Source of the DNA: Eledone cirrhosa | Lineage: Eukaryota | DNA length: 64,000 nt | Direction: 5' to 3' | Assembly: GCA_964016885.1 (NCBI GenBank) | Contig: OZ024743.1 | Span: 28,458,001 to 28,522,000 of the forward strand | Shown: positions 61,782 to 64,000 of the stretch, piece by piece | Layout: the number at the start of each line of letters is the position of its first letter | Position numbering within the stretch: position 1 is the stretch's first letter | Notes under the pieces: generated by a model | Seen by the model: only the letters and a program-made list of their open reading frames with translations | What the model was told of the DNA's origin: nothing | The model's database searches: none | Position numbers and translations under genes: made by a program

Positions 61782-62042
61782 TATATATATATATGTATAT
61801 ATATGTATATATATGTATATATGTATATATATATATATATATTATGTAGATAAATCTACCAAGAGTTTACGGTAGTGTCCAATCCGTATGAAGAACTCAA
61901 TGTAATCCGGATATCATGGAAAGAAGAGATGCAATGAAAAATCCCTTTCGGTGAAAGATAAACGGAATACAGAGTCAAGATAAAATATTAAAAAAATAAT
62001 GAATAAAACAATGAAACAGTTCCTTATATTAAACAAAAAAAG

Positions 62043-62197
62043 TTCATTATTTAACGATCGTTTCTAGGATATATATGTGTTAGAATTGGCATGCATATTC
62101 AACAGATCTATGTACAAAATTATACAAAATTATACAAACTATCAAAATTAAATATACATACCAAACACATATATATGCGGTCTTCAGAAATAATGAA
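62043..62197 (-). ncRNA. Type-I hammerhead with 10-bp stem I and ~115-nt stem II; probably the pLTR of a PLE continuing to the right
   Basis: ttcattattt-CTGAAGA-...atatatatgtgtt...aacacatatatat...-GAAA-cgatcg-TT-aaataatgaa. Confidence 0.78.
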
Positions 62198-62802
62198 ATA
62201 TATTTATTGATAATAACAACAATTCAAAATTACAGGTCTGTTTGGGAACAGAGTTCAAATTGACCAATGAAAATACAAAAAGTTTATACAGTTAGGTGTG
62301 TGTATATATATGTAAGTAACTCCGTTCACAGATATGCATAAAGATATATGTTCACATGCATACGCATGCCAAAAAGATGTATGTAAATACAAAAATTCAA
62401 GGCTAATGTCTCTGTATGTTTATAATCTACAGATAAAATACGTATACACATATAAATATAAAATAAATATATACACACATTCATATACTCACACATATAC
62501 GTACATTCACACACGCACGCGCGTATACGCATAAACATACACACAACCACGAACATACATACACACATACACCCCCACACACATATATATGTGTGTATAT
62601 ACTATTATCATAAGCATATGGACATTAATGCGCGCACATAAACACTGCCACACATATTTAGATCCAGATACAGAAAGTAGGTGGGGGGGGGGGGGAGAAG
62701 AGGTCAGTATTCACCGGTGTCAACAGACTGCCTATTTATAAATGTATCTATAAACTTAGAAATAAAAAGAAAAGAAAAAGAAAAAAGAAATATATCAAGA
62801 AA

Positions 62803-62859
<57 letters not shown>

Positions 62860-62912
62860 CATACACATATATATAAACAAGTAAAATATAAAATATACAT
62901 CGATATACATAC

Positions 62913-62949
<37 letters not shown>

Positions 62950-63254
62950 CATGCATATACATACATATACATACACATATACACAAACACATACATACAC
63001 ATACATATACATACATACACCATATAAATACACATACACACACGCATACATATAGAGACACATACATATACACATATAAATACATAGACATATACACATA
63101 TACACACATATATATATATATATACACATACACGCATACATATATATATATACATTCACAACACACGTATATATATATATATACACACATATCTACACAC
63201 ATATATAAACACACTCATGTATATACACACATACACATACATACCCACATATAA

Positions 63255-63285
<31 letters not shown>

Positions 63286-63397
63286 TACATATATATATAT
63301 ATATACACACAATTATATATATATATATACACACACACATACACACACATACACATACACATATATAAAGATATATATACACACATACACACATATA

Positions 63398-63456
<59 letters not shown>

Positions 63457-63745
63457 CACACACATACATATATATACACACACATACATACACACACATA
63501 CATACTCATACATAGACATACATATATACACACACACACATACACACATACATATACGCATATATACATACATACACATCCATGTATGCGTATATACATA
63601 CAAACAAACACCACCACACGCTCACACAACTCAGACATACATAGATAAAGGGATATACATACACATATATACATATATAAATAGAGATACATATACATAT
63701 ATAAATATATACACACGTACACACACAAACACACATACATATACA

Positions 63746-63777
<32 letters not shown>

Positions 63778-63803
63778 CACACACATACACACATATACAT
63801 ATA

Positions 63804-63835
<32 letters not shown>

Positions 63836-64000
63836 CATATATATATATATACATATATACATATATATAAAAAAATAAAGAAATAAGATAAATAAATAAA
63901 TAAATTAATTAATACACACAGTCAGACAAATATGCACACGCATACATATACATATATATATACACATACACATATATATATACATATATATATATATATA

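Overview
AT-rich, microsatellite-saturated animal DNA. The SINEs and LINE tails resemble octopus/coleoid repeats, which is an inference. I see no host protein-coding gene; nearly all short ORFs are translations of (TA)n/(CA)n/(GA)n. The window is a stack of retroelements: two near-identical, intact, tandem Penelope-like elements (PLEs; RT + GIY-YIG, 37710-45545), one recently broken PLE (3443-7060), older PLE relics, a Tx1/L1-type LINE with a 15-bp TSD, a CR1-group LINE, an R4/Dong-like RLE element, RTE fragments and a ~600-bp non-autonomous RTE derivative, tRNA-SINEs, MITEs, a minisatellite and a 4.7-kb TA array. Main signals read by eye: (i) about 17 type-I hammerhead ribozyme motifs, including U3-A8 and A13C core variants, in PLE termini and in small non-coding retrozyme-like units inside TA arrays; (ii) a conserved U_UUU_UUA slippery site in front of the RT frame in two divergent PLE families, suggesting a programmed -1 frameshift; (iii) a stereotyped 'fold-back plus unpaired tail' insertion architecture whose inverted arm stops at the same internal TATA; (iv) junction sequences reiterated inside TA arrays. 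All RNA folds and coordinates were assigned by eye and need computational confirmation.
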